Assembly: GCA_963767695.1 (NCBI GenBank)
Contig: CAVYFE010000010.1
Span: 71,872 to 135,871, forward strand
Length of the DNA stretch: 64,000 nucleotides
Direction: 5' to 3'
DNA from: an uncultured Solirubrobacterales bacterium
GTDB taxonomy: Bacteria; Actinomycetota; Thermoleophilia; Solirubrobacterales; Solirubrobacteraceae
In this document: piece by piece, positions 50,915 through 60,370 of the stretch
Layout: every line of letters starts with the position of its first letter
Position numbering within the stretch: position 1 is the first letter of the stretch
The notes under the pieces: generated by a model
Database searches by the model: none
Seen by the model: only the letters and a program-made list of their open reading frames with translations
Told to the model about the DNA's origin: nothing
Program-made: the position numbers and the translations under genes

Positions 50915-50957
50915 CAGCTCGGGGATGCTGGCGATCACAGCTCAGGGATGCTGGCGA
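50915..50957 (+). repeat. 20-bp direct repeat, 23-bp period, upstream of the Fe-ADH operon
   Basis: CAGCTCGGGGATGCTGGCGA and CAGCTCAGGGATGCTGGCGA. Confidence 0.8.
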
Positions 50958-51039
50958 CCGTGGACATGTCAGCGCCCTGCCGTGACTGGCAGCCGCCAGA
51001 TCGGTAGGATCGCATGGCAACCGGCTGAGGAGGCAAGGA

Positions 51040-52341
51040 TTGGAGCAGTTGACCCCTACACCTCCCGCGATGGCAGAGGGCCTGCCCCCGGCGTCCACCG
51101 CGGTCGCCCCCGCGTCCTCCGCAGCCGCCTCCGAGTCGTCTGAAGCCGCCGCTGCGCCCTCGGAAGCTGCGCCGGCGCTGCAGCCGCTGCGCGGGCGGGT
51201 TAGCAAGTTCGTGATCCCGGAGGTGATCTTCGGCGTAGGCACCCTGGCGGAGGTGGGCGGCGCGGTCCGCCGAGTCGGCGGCCGGCGCCCGATGCTCGTG
51301 AGTGATCCGGGCGTGCTGGCCGCCGGCTGGGTCGAGCGCGCGATGCCGCACCTCGCCAACGTGCGCGTTCAGTGGCGACTGTGGCACGACCTGACGCCCA
51401 ACCCCAAGGACATCGAGGTCGAGGCGGCGTTCGAGAGCTACCTCGAAAGCGGCTGCGACGCGCTCCTCGCAATCGGTGGTGGGAGCTGCATCGACCTCGC
51501 CAAAGCGGTGGCGATCCTCAGCGGCAACGGCGGCCAGATCCTCGACTACGAGGGCATCGACCGCGCCACCAGCCCGATCCCGCCGATGGTGATGGTCCCG
51601 ACGACCGGTGGCTCGGGATCGGACGTGTCCCAATTCTGCGTGGTGACCGACACCAGGCGACGGTTCAAGGCGACGATCGGAGGCCGCGCGCTCGTCCCCG
51701 AGATCTCCTTGACAGACCCGGAGCTGCTGACCACGATGTCCCCCGAGCTGACCGCGCACACCGGGATCGATGCGCTCAGCCATGCGATCGAATCTTCGGT
51801 GTCCGAAGCCTGCGACTTCCTGAGCAAGGGGCTCGCGATCGCCGCGGTTCGGGCGATCGTTGAGCACCTGCCGGCGGCGGTCGAGAATCCGCTCGATCTC
51901 ACGGCGCGCGAGGGTATGGCACGGGCGAGTCTGCAGGCCGGGATGGCGTTCACCAACGCGCTGCTCGGTGCGACGCACGCGATCGCCCACCAGATCGGTG
52001 GTGCGCTCGACCTTCCGCACGGGCTGCTCAACGCGATCCTGATACCGCACGTGATGCGCTTCAACGCCGAGACCCACGCCGACCGCTACGTCGACGTGGC
52101 GAGAGCGCTGGGAATCGAGACCGATGGGCTCGATGCCAGCACCGCCGCCGAGCGGGCAATCGACCGCGTCGAGGAGCTCAGCCGAGCCCTGGGGATTCCC
52201 AGCGGGCTGAAGGAGATCGGCGTCCATCCGGCCGACTTCGACACGTTCGCGGTCAACGCGCTCCGCGACGCCTACATCGCGACCAACCCGAGGCCAGTCG
52301 GGGAGGACGATGTCCGCCGCATCTGCATCGCCGCCTACTGA
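51040..52341 (+). CDS. Iron-containing (type III) alcohol dehydrogenase family
   Basis: PEVIFGVG, GGGSCID, PTTGGSGS, DALSHAIE, HAIAHQ, HGLLNA; Ala/Ser-rich N-extension. Confidence 0.93.
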   Translation: MEQLTPTPPAMAEGLPPASTAVAPASSAAASESSEAAAAPSEAAPALQPLRGRVSKFVIPEVIFGVGTLAEVGGAVRRVGGRRPMLVSDPGVLAAGWVERAMPHLANVRVQWRLWHDLTPNPKDIEVEAAFESYLESGCDALLAIGGGSCIDLAKAVAILSGNGGQILDYEGIDRATSPIPPMVMVPTTGGSGSDVSQFCVVTDTRRRFKATIGGRALVPEISLTDPELLTTMSPELTAHTGIDALSHAIESSVSEACDFLSKGLAIAAVRAIVEHLPAAVENPLDLTAREGMARASLQAGMAFTNALLGATHAIAHQIGGALDLPHGLLNAILIPHVMRFNAETHADRYVDVARALGIETDGLDASTAAERAIDRVEELSRALGIPSGLKEIGVHPADFDTFAVNALRDAYIATNPRPVGEDDVRRICIAAY

Positions 52342-53662
52342 CCAGCCCCCGGCCGTCGACCGGTTGGCGCTCGAGCGCCTGATCGGCGTCCGCTCCTCCA
52401 AGCCGAGCTTCTACGCCGCCTGGCGCGACAAGTCCGCCCGGCTCGACCACACGATCGAGACGCTCGAGTGGATCTCGGCCGCTCTGTGCGCCACTCCCGA
52501 CGGACCGGGGGCCCTGTGCGACGCGGTGGTCGAGGCCGCCGCTCACCACTTCAACTCGCCCTGGGCCGTGATGATGTTCTCGGGCGCCGATGCCGGCGAG
52601 GCTCTTCCCAGGGTCATCGTCCACACCCGCGGCGAGGTCGTCCAGCGCTGGGACGCACCGGCGTCCGCGCTGGCGGAGCTCGCCCAGCGAACGCTCGTCG
52701 CTGAGCGGCCCGTGGTTGTGGCCGAGAACGAGCGGTACGCGCTAGGCGCGGCGGTGGGTGGCGAGCCATGCGCTGCGGTGGCGGCGCCGATGCCAGTCCG
52801 CGGGGAGCTCGCTGGGATGCTCGCCGTGGGGCTGCCGGCTGACGCCCAGGTCGAGCCGAGCGATCTCTCGATCCTGCTGACGCTCGCCAACCACGCCGGC
52901 GTCGCCCTCCACAACGCGTGGCTGTTCCAGGAGAACGAGCGGCGCGCGGCCGAGCTCGAGCGGCGGAGCACGGAGCTCGAGGGCATCCGGCGACGGCTCG
53001 AGCACGCCGGCCGGCGCCAGCTGCTGAGCGCGGAGCGCAACCGCATCGCCCGTGAGCTGCATGACAGCGTCGCCCAGCACTTGTTGACGATCGGCATGAA
53101 CCTCGAGTGGTGCCGCCGCCACGAGTCGACCTCGTCTCCGGTGCTGGAACGCGTGTCGGCGGCGCAGTCCCTCGCGCGCGCGGCCGTGGCCGAGATCCGC
53201 GAGGTGATCTTTGAACTCGCAAGCGACGGCCAGATCGAGCTACGCGGCGCGCTCCGCGACGTGATCAAGGACGTCGAGGCGGGCACACGTCTCGAGGTCG
53301 GGCTCCGGGCGTACGGCGAGACGCATCCGGTCGCGGCGATCACGCAGCACGCGCTCGTGCAGATCGCCCGCGAGGCGCTATTCAACGTCGTCCGTCACGC
53401 GGATGCGGCCCACGCCTGGGTGACGCTCCGATGGCGGCCTCACGTCGTGTCGCTCGCGGTCGCCGACGATGGGCGCGGGCATCCGGTGGAGCTCCACCGC
53501 CATCTTCTCTCTCCGCATCCCTCGGGCGAGCATCTCGGGCTCGCTGGGATCGCGGACCGGGTGCGCGGCCTGGGCGGGACGGCGTGGTTCGAGCGCCGCC
53601 GTGGCGGCGGCGTCAGGCTGAAGGTCGAGGTCCCCCTGGGAGGCACAGTTGGTATCGCCTGA
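52310..53662 (+). CDS. Soluble GAF-HisKA_3 sensor kinase, MnoS/MadS-like
   Basis: LERLIGVRSSKPSFY, ERNRIARELHDSVAQ, EALFNVVRHA, DDGRG, HLGLAGI; no TM helix. Confidence 0.88.
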   Translation: MSAASASPPTDQPPAVDRLALERLIGVRSSKPSFYAAWRDKSARLDHTIETLEWISAALCATPDGPGALCDAVVEAAAHHFNSPWAVMMFSGADAGEALPRVIVHTRGEVVQRWDAPASALAELAQRTLVAERPVVVAENERYALGAAVGGEPCAAVAAPMPVRGELAGMLAVGLPADAQVEPSDLSILLTLANHAGVALHNAWLFQENERRAAELERRSTELEGIRRRLEHAGRRQLLSAERNRIARELHDSVAQHLLTIGMNLEWCRRHESTSSPVLERVSAAQSLARAAVAEIREVIFELASDGQIELRGALRDVIKDVEAGTRLEVGLRAYGETHPVAAITQHALVQIAREALFNVVRHADAAHAWVTLRWRPHVVSLAVADDGRGHPVELHRHLLSPHPSGEHLGLAGIADRVRGLGGTAWFERRRGGGVRLKVEVPLGGTVGIA

Positions 53663-54326
53663 GGCTGTCGACGCGCCCGCCCGCGTGCTGCTTGTCGACG
53701 ATCACGCGATCGTCCGCCGCGGTCTGCGCTCGATCCTCGAGCTCGAGCCCGATGTCTCGGTGGTGGCCGAGGCGGGCGGCCGCAGCGAGGCGCTCCGCGC
53801 GCTCGACCAGGCCAAGCCGGACATCGTGCTGCTCGACCTCAAGCTGAGCTCCGACCACGACGCCGAGGGCCTCGACCTGTGCAGCGAGATCCTCGAGCGC
53901 CGGCCGCAGTCGAACGTCGTCGTCCTGTCGACGTTCCTGGACGAGGGTCTGCTCAATCAGGCGCTTCGGCGCGGCGCCAAGGCATACGTGCTCAAAGAGG
54001 TCGACGTCGTCGAGCTCGTGCGGATCATCCGCGCCGTGTCGCGCGGCGGGTCCGCGTTCGACGGCCGCAGCGCGGCCATGGTCAGGGCACTCGTCGCCGG
54101 CGAGCACGCGCGGGCGGAGCCGGTATTGACCGAGCGCGAGCGCGAGGTCACCAGGCTGATCGCCGGCGGGCTGACCAACCGTGAGATCGGCCACCGCATC
54201 TTCGTGAGCGAAAGCACCGCCAAGTTCCACGTCCGCAACGTGATGCGAAAGCTCGGCGTCCAGAGCCGCGCGGAGGTCGCGTACACCGCCGGCAAGCGCG
54301 GCCTGCTGGACGAGTCGTTGCACTAG
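53649..54326 (+). CDS. NarL/LuxR-type response regulator, MnoR/MadR-like
   Basis: LLVDDHAIVR, LLDLKL, AYVLK, LTERERE, GLTNREI, TAKFHVRN. Confidence 0.92.
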   Translation: MVSPEAVDAPARVLLVDDHAIVRRGLRSILELEPDVSVVAEAGGRSEALRALDQAKPDIVLLDLKLSSDHDAEGLDLCSEILERRPQSNVVVLSTFLDEGLLNQALRRGAKAYVLKEVDVVELVRIIRAVSRGGSAFDGRSAAMVRALVAGEHARAEPVLTEREREVTRLIAGGLTNREIGHRIFVSESTAKFHVRNVMRKLGVQSRAEVAYTAGKRGLLDESLH

Positions 54327-54492
54327 CGCGCCCGGTCACCCGGGCCGGGGTGCGAATACGACATGACCCCTGGCGATCGGCTGGTGCCGCCGAGCTCACG
54401 GATCGATTTGGCGATGAAGCCCGCCACGCGATCCTCAGGCTCTCGGGTTCCCCGCCGCTCGGTCCAGGTGGCGCGGGATAACCTCCTACCCG

Positions 54493-55881
54493 ATGTCCAC
54501 GACCTTCGCTGCCGCGAAGCTCGAGCGAGTGCCGCTCGACTGCAGGCTCGCGCCGCAGGATGCGTTGCGCGCGATCAACGACCAGCCTTGGCCGTTTGCG
54601 CTGACCGGCGACTGGGCCGGGGGTGGGTCGATCGTCGGTTCGAGCCCGCTCGTCGTCGCCGACCCCGACGCCGACCCGTTTGCCTTACTGGACGCGCTGC
54701 CCTCCGTCGGGGGGCACGCGGACGCCGGATCGGTCGGCGGCGGGTGGTTCGGGTGGCTCGGGTACGGACTCGGTCGTCGCATCGAGGACCTGCCGGCGGG
54801 TCCGCCGCGACCCGTTGCGCTGCCCGATTTCCACCTGGCCTATTACGACCACCTGCTGCGCCTCGACCGATTCGGGCAGTGGTGGTTCGAAGCGCTGGTC
54901 AGCACCGGCGCGGAGGACCGTATCGGGCGCCGCCTGGAGGATCTGCGGGCGCGCCTTGCTACTCCTCGGCGCTCCGAGCAGGTCTACGTTGCTCCCGAGC
55001 GGTTTCGTCTCAGCCACACCGACAAGAGCCGTCACATGGCAGCGGTCGAGGAATGCATTGAGCGCATCGTCGCCGGCGAGATCTACCAGGCCAACATCTG
55101 CCTGCGACTCGAAACGCGGTGGCGCGGCTCCGTCACGGAGCTGTACGCACGGGCGCTGGACCGGATCTCGCCCACCCGCGGCGGCGCCTTTGGGACGCCA
55201 TGGGGCGGGATCGCGAGCCTGTCTCCGGAGCTGTTTCTGCGCCGCGTGCGCGATGCGGTCGTGACCGCGCCGATCAAGGGCACGATCAAGCGCCCCGAGG
55301 ACGAGGGAATCGCGCAGGCAGCGCTCGCGGCGCTCCGCCGTTCCGCGAAGGATGCCGCCGAGCACGTGATGATCGTCGACCTGATGCGCAACGACCTGGG
55401 TCGGGTATGCGCGTACGGGACGATCCAGGCGCCACGGGCGCCCGAGGCCGAGTCGCATCCAGGCGTCTGGCACCTGGTGTCCAAGGTGCGCGGCCGTCTG
55501 CGCCCCGGGGTCGGCAACGGAGACCTCCTGCGCGCCACGTTCCCGCCCGGCTCGGTGACGGGAGCGCCGAAGGTCCAGGCGATGCGCGTCATCTCCGAGC
55601 TCGAGCAGACCGGCCGAGAGGTGTACACGGGCGGGATCGGATTCGCGAGCCCGGTGGCGGGGCTCGAGCTCAACGTCGCGATCCGCACCTTCGAGCAACG
55701 CGACAGCCGACTGTGGCTGGGTGCCGGCGGCGGGATCGTGGCCGATTCCGATCCGGAGCACGAGTTCGAGGAGGCTCTGGTCAAGGCGGATCCGCTCGTC
55801 ACCGCAATCGGCTCTCGCATCGCCCCGGACGCGTGGGACGGCTCACGGATCCCAGCCGGCAGCGCTGAGAGCCGTACGTAG
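54493..55881 (+). CDS. pabB: Aminodeoxychorismate synthase component I
   Basis: GEIYQAN, SPELFL, PIKGT, KDAAEHVMIVDLMRNDL, FPPGSVTGAPK, YTGGIG, LNVAIRT. Confidence 0.9.
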   Translation: MSTTFAAAKLERVPLDCRLAPQDALRAINDQPWPFALTGDWAGGGSIVGSSPLVVADPDADPFALLDALPSVGGHADAGSVGGGWFGWLGYGLGRRIEDLPAGPPRPVALPDFHLAYYDHLLRLDRFGQWWFEALVSTGAEDRIGRRLEDLRARLATPRRSEQVYVAPERFRLSHTDKSRHMAAVEECIERIVAGEIYQANICLRLETRWRGSVTELYARALDRISPTRGGAFGTPWGGIASLSPELFLRRVRDAVVTAPIKGTIKRPEDEGIAQAALAALRRSAKDAAEHVMIVDLMRNDLGRVCAYGTIQAPRAPEAESHPGVWHLVSKVRGRLRPGVGNGDLLRATFPPGSVTGAPKVQAMRVISELEQTGREVYTGGIGFASPVAGLELNVAIRTFEQRDSRLWLGAGGGIVADSDPEHEFEEALVKADPLVTAIGSRIAPDAWDGSRIPAGSAESRT

Positions 55882-56580
55882 GACCGCCACGACAGGGCTA
55901 TGACGGTGCGGTGACGGACCGTCGTGGAGCGCGGCGGCCACCGCGTATCGCAGCGACGACGTCAGAAAGATGGCATCCGCCTCGCGAGCGCGGTCGATCG
56001 AGATCGGCTCCGTCGATGCTTTCAGCCCCAGTGCCGGGGCGCATTCGAGCAGGAGCGAGCGAGTGATGCCAGGTAGCAACCGTCCGTCGGCAGCGGGTGT
56101 GACGATGCATCCATCCTCGACGATCCAGACGTTCGCCCAGGCTGCCTCGAGCACGTCGCCCTCGACGTCGACGATCAGGAGTGCGGATCCCGTGGAGCTC
56201 AGATTGTCGAGGAGGCGTCGGTCGCACCACTTGTATCGGCCCAGCCCACCCGGCATGAGGACCGGTGCCAGCATGATCGCCGACTGTGGCCCTGGCGCCG
56301 AGAAGGGCTCCGTCTCGATCCGCACCACGAGGCGGCCAGGCGCGGGGCGCGCGCACACCCGCAGCCGGTGTTCACCCATCAGCTGTCGGGCGATCCGGCG
56401 CGCGCGATCCTCCAGATCGTGCGGCAGTGGCTGGCCGTACAGATCGCATACCGCAGCGGCGAGACGCTCGATGTGCCGGTCGAGCGCCTGCAGACGGCCG
56501 TCGCGCACCGCGAGCGTCTCGAACACGCCGCGGTCGGGGTCGGGTCGCGGCCCGACCGCTGGGACCTTCGTGAATGTCAC
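55843..56580 (-). CDS. pabC: Class IV aminotransferase / aminodeoxychorismate lyase-like
   Basis: RGVFETL, RHIERL, YKW, EAAWANVW, LPGITR, FLTSS; overlaps the pabB 3' end. Confidence 0.75.
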   Translation of the reverse strand: MTFTKVPAVGPRPDPDRGVFETLAVRDGRLQALDRHIERLAAAVCDLYGQPLPHDLEDRARRIARQLMGEHRLRVCARPAPGRLVVRIETEPFSAPGPQSAIMLAPVLMPGGLGRYKWCDRRLLDNLSSTGSALLIVDVEGDVLEAAWANVWIVEDGCIVTPAADGRLLPGITRSLLLECAPALGLKASTEPISIDRAREADAIFLTSSLRYAVAAALHDGPSPHRHSPVVAVLRTALSAAGWDP

Positions 56581-57323
56581 GTGGCCGTTGTCTCGGTAGG
56601 GGCTGGTTGAGGGGTACGAACTACGCCGGAGGCGCCGATTCCGAGATCCGGCAGGATCAGAAGCAGCTCGGCGGCGTCGCGCGCCACGGCGTCGGCACCC
56701 GCCAAGGCATCGTGCGTAAAGGGTCCGCTTGCCACGGCCACGCACCGCAGTCCGTCTGCGCGGGCACACGAGATGTCCGCCGGCGTGTCTCCGATCACGA
56801 TCGTCTCACGACGCGGGTACGGTGCTCCGGGCCCGCCGGCGCGTCGCCGGGCGATCGCCGGCAAGGCTCCGCGATCCTCGGCGTCCGAGCCGAAAGCGCC
56901 CTGTCCCGGTGCAAATGCCCAAGCAATGCCGGCCCGCATCAGCTTCAGCCGCGCGATCGCCTCGTAGTTGCCGGTCAACAATCCAAGCCTCACGTCCATT
57001 TGATCAGTCAGCCAGTTGAGCAGCTCCGGAACCCCGGGAAGCACGGCATGGGACAGATCGGCGGGGAGCAGCCGAGCGCTGGCCCGGCAACAACGTTCCC
57101 GCACGTCGTCAGCGAGAGCGTCGATCCGTTTCGCGGAGACACCGACGTCGAGCAGGATGGCTCGCGCGATTTCGCCGTGGGTTCGGCCGGCCGTGGCGAT
57201 CTCTGTCCGGATGACGCTCGTGTCGACCCCATGCACTTCCTCGAGGGCCGCGCGCAAAGCTTCGCCGACCGGCTGCGCCGAGTCTTCCAGCAGCGTCCCG
57301 TCGATGTCAAACAGCAGGAGCAC
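56577..57323 (-). CDS. HAD-superfamily phosphatase
   Basis: FDIDGTL, LLTGN, VIGDTPADI. Confidence 0.9.
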   Translation of the reverse strand: MLLLFDIDGTLLEDSAQPVGEALRAALEEVHGVDTSVIRTEIATAGRTHGEIARAILLDVGVSAKRIDALADDVRERCCRASARLLPADLSHAVLPGVPELLNWLTDQMDVRLGLLTGNYEAIARLKLMRAGIAWAFAPGQGAFGSDAEDRGALPAIARRRAGGPGAPYPRRETIVIGDTPADISCARADGLRCVAVASGPFTHDALAGADAVARDAAELLLILPDLGIGASGVVRTPQPAPTETTAT

Positions 57324-57621
57324 GAGGGGATCTGGTCAGCATCGCAATCGGCACGCAGTTCGGTCCGACCGAAAGGCCGGCCACGAGGTAGGTGATGATG
57401 CCAGGCGACATCCGTCCTAAAGCGGCGGACGGGACGGCAGACCTCCGACGGCAGACCTGCCCCCGCCCCATACTCTTTGCCGGTGACACCCTCACCACCG
57501 CGGCCTCGGCGTCGCCAGGAGACGAGGCGACGTTGGATGCGCGGCCGCGAGGTGTGCCCGCGACGCGTCCGCTGGCATCCGCGCCAGCGACACTGTGGAG
57601 GCTGAAGAGGAGGCTGAAACC

Positions 57622-57918
57622 ATGGCATTCGACCGGGAACAGATTCGAGCCTCGATCGAACGCGCCGGTGACGCGCACTGGCAGGCCCTCGTCCGGCACC
57701 ACACAGACGTTTATCCCGAGAGCAATCCCACGCCCGGTGACGTTGCCCGGGCCGAGGCTGAGCGGCTGAACGCCCTCGGCTTGGGCGAGAACCCCAACCT
57801 CAAGCTGGTGGAGAGCCGGGTGGAGCGGGTCCCCCCCGCAGTCCGCATCACCCACGTTTTCGAGGATCGCGACAAAGGCACGCGGTCCGAGACCGAGCCG
57901 TTCACTGGCTACGAATGA
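57622..57918 (+). CDS. Small hypothetical protein (98 aa)
   Basis: GAGGAGG SD before ATG; protein-like composition. Confidence 0.6.
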   Translation: MAFDREQIRASIERAGDAHWQALVRHHTDVYPESNPTPGDVARAEAERLNALGLGENPNLKLVESRVERVPPAVRITHVFEDRDKGTRSETEPFTGYE

Positions 57919-58028
57919 GGACGGTTCGGCACTAGCGTCGTCGTGCGGCGCGTTGCTACCTCACCGCTCCTTCTGCCTGCCTGACAGTTGCAGCCGGATC
58001 GTGGACCGGCGCATGCGATCCTGACGCG

Positions 58029-58907
58029 ATGTTGATCGACCGTGCGATTCTGTTCCGGCTGGCTACGAGCCGGCGGTTCGAGAAAACGGTACGAATCCTG
58101 CCGCGCGGTGAGCGGCTGGCCTGGCGCGCGGCCTCTAGGTACGTGTCCGGAAGGACCGCTGCAGACGCCGTTGCGATGGCACTAGAACTGCACCAGCGGG
58201 GAGTTGGCGCCAGCATCGACCAGTTCGGTGAATCGGTCCGCGATGGCGCTGTCGCCGAGAGCGTGGCCGCTGATTACCTGCGGCTGGCGGACGAGCTTGC
58301 TGACCTCCACCACGACGCGTGGCTATCGGCCGACCTGTCACATCTCGGGCTTGACATCGATCCGGCCAGATGCGCTGAGCACCTCGCCGCTATCGCAGGA
58401 CGACTGCCGGCGGGTCGGCGCATCCAGGTCGGCGCGGAAGACTACGATCGCTCCAACGCCGTGTTGGATTGCGTCCTGGCCGTCGCCGATGAGGGCCTGG
58501 CGAACCGCCTCGGCGCCACGGTGCAGGCGAACTTTCGCCGTGCCCCAGCCGATCTGGACCGTCTGCTAGAGGCCGGCGTGCACGTCCGGCTGGTCAAGGG
58601 CGCCTATGTCGAGTCGACTGCACGAGCGCTGTCCTATGGCGAGGCCACGGATGTCACCTACCTGCGCTTGGCGCATCGTCTCGCCGAGGCCGACGCACAA
58701 TTCTCGTTGGCCACCCATGACAGCGTGCTGCGGGAGGCACTGCTTGCCTCGATCGGCGCGCGTCCGGTCGAGCAGTTGCTCGGCGTGCGCCCTTCGGTGC
58801 TTGGCGATCTCGTTGCTCGAGGTGTTCCGACCCGCGTGTACGTGCCCTTCGGCAACGAATGGTTCCGCTATTGGATGCGTCGCCTCGCCGAATCCCGGGG
58901 CCGCTGA
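58029..58907 (+). CDS. Monofunctional proline dehydrogenase
   Basis: RYVSG, IDQFGE, VGAED, VRLVKGAYVE, ATHD, RVYVPFG.WFRYWMRRLAE. Confidence 0.9.
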   Translation: MLIDRAILFRLATSRRFEKTVRILPRGERLAWRAASRYVSGRTAADAVAMALELHQRGVGASIDQFGESVRDGAVAESVAADYLRLADELADLHHDAWLSADLSHLGLDIDPARCAEHLAAIAGRLPAGRRIQVGAEDYDRSNAVLDCVLAVADEGLANRLGATVQANFRRAPADLDRLLEAGVHVRLVKGAYVESTARALSYGEATDVTYLRLAHRLAEADAQFSLATHDSVLREALLASIGARPVEQLLGVRPSVLGDLVARGVPTRVYVPFGNEWFRYWMRRLAESRGR

Positions 58908-59219
58908 ACGACCCGCATGAGGCAGCCCCAGCGCGATCGTCCCGAGCGACGTGTCGCTCTGGAGGGCCTCGCCGTCGACGCGCGACACGCCGCCCGAGGC
59001 CTGCCCTGTGGCGCGCGGAGCCTCGGCCCGGGGCGTCCGATCCGCCATCGCGCGATGGCGGCAGCGGGCGTGGCGGCCTCGAGCGTCAGTCGCCAGCGTG
59101 TGCCTCATGAGTACCCGTGACAGCGGATAACAGCAGTATCACGCAGATCCTCGCTTTCGATCCCGGGAGCGCGTCGCGCTCCACTCGGCGGCAACGTCCG
59201 GCGACTCCTCCGAAGGGAT

Positions 59220-59930
59220 CTACTTGCTTGGAGCCGCGGTGTTGGCGACCGCGTTCTCGCGCGTCAGCATGATGACGCTGCTGACGAGGACGAAGACCAG
59301 GAAGAGCACAAAGCCGATGAGGTCGAGAACGAGCCCGAATGAGGCGATCACGCCGCCGAGGCCGAAGCCTTGAAGGAAGAACAGAATCCCGACAGCGATC
59401 GAGACCCACCCCAGCCAGCGCGGCAGGACGCCGCTCTTTAACACGATCAAGCCCGCCGCTAAAAAACAGAGACTGCCGAAAACGTCCCCGACGCTGTCCA
59501 CAGCAAACGTCGTCAGGAACAGCGAGTAGGAGACGCCCGGATCGTGTTGAGCCCCAAACGACGCGAGCTTCGCGCCGACCAAGCCGGTGATGCCGATGTC
59601 GCTGAGGGCATGTAAGACAATAAAGAGCGCTCCGCCGACCAGCACCAAGGAGCCGAGGACCCGCGGCCGGCCAGGCTCGCCGCGCAGCAGGTTGTACAGA
59701 CTCCAGAGGTAGATCACGAACGCGCCGACGTAGATGACGGACAGGTATGCGATCACCAACAGCCGGTCGCGGTGCTCGTGGAGCGCGCTCGCGATCTTCC
59801 CCGCCGAGTCGTTCTGAGTCACTCCGAGCGTGGTCGCGATCACAGACTCCGCCACCAGCGCGATGACGTAAACGATGCCCGCCACCCAGACATACCGCTC
59901 CCACTCTCTCGAGCTCCGCGCCGCCGCCAC
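59220..59930 (-). CDS. DUF4386-like multi-pass membrane protein
   Basis: Multiple TM helices, SGVLPRWLGW motif; start uncertain. Confidence 0.65.
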   Translation of the reverse strand: MAAARSSREWERYVWVAGIVYVIALVAESVIATTLGVTQNDSAGKIASALHEHRDRLLVIAYLSVIYVGAFVIYLWSLYNLLRGEPGRPRVLGSLVLVGGALFIVLHALSDIGITGLVGAKLASFGAQHDPGVSYSLFLTTFAVDSVGDVFGSLCFLAAGLIVLKSGVLPRWLGWVSIAVGILFFLQGFGLGGVIASFGLVLDLIGFVLFLVFVLVSSVIMLTRENAVANTAAPSK

Positions 59931-60020
59931 GATGCGATCTTCGCCTCTGGCGCCGCGCTTAGCAAGGCTCGAGGTTGAGGAGGGGCCACAGGCAAACCCG
60001 GATTCCGGCTGAACCCGCCT

Positions 60021-60190
60021 TTGTTGAAGGTGGCCCAAGGGAGGTCGACACGGAGATTGCCGCCGAGCTTGTGATCAGCGAGCGCACAGCGCGCACCCGC
60101 GTGAGCACGTCCTGTCCAAGCTTGATCTGAGGTCGCCTACGCACGCGCCGCCGTGGCGGTGCGCGGTTGGCGCCCGCGCGGATTGGGACC
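60021..60190 (+). pseudogene. LuxR-type HTH fragment
   Basis: LLKVAQG..EIAAELVISERTART.VS..KLDL with indels. Confidence 0.6.
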
Positions 60191-60242
60191 AGATCAGGAG
60201 AGCTCGACATGGCACGGCGGAACAACACAAAGGCGCAGTCCG

Positions 60243-60350
60243 GCGATCGAGCTGATCACGGAGCATGTCCTCCAACCCCGGTTGGACTACATAAACGAGT
60301 TCGAGTTCGGAGTCGAGCCGATCCTCGACGGCCCCGCACGATCGTTGAAT
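60243..60350 (+). pseudogene. TetR C-terminal fragment
   Basis: EHVLQPRLDYINEFEFGVEPILDG. Confidence 0.5.
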
Positions 60351-60370
60351 ACGACTTCGCACCGGCTCCG

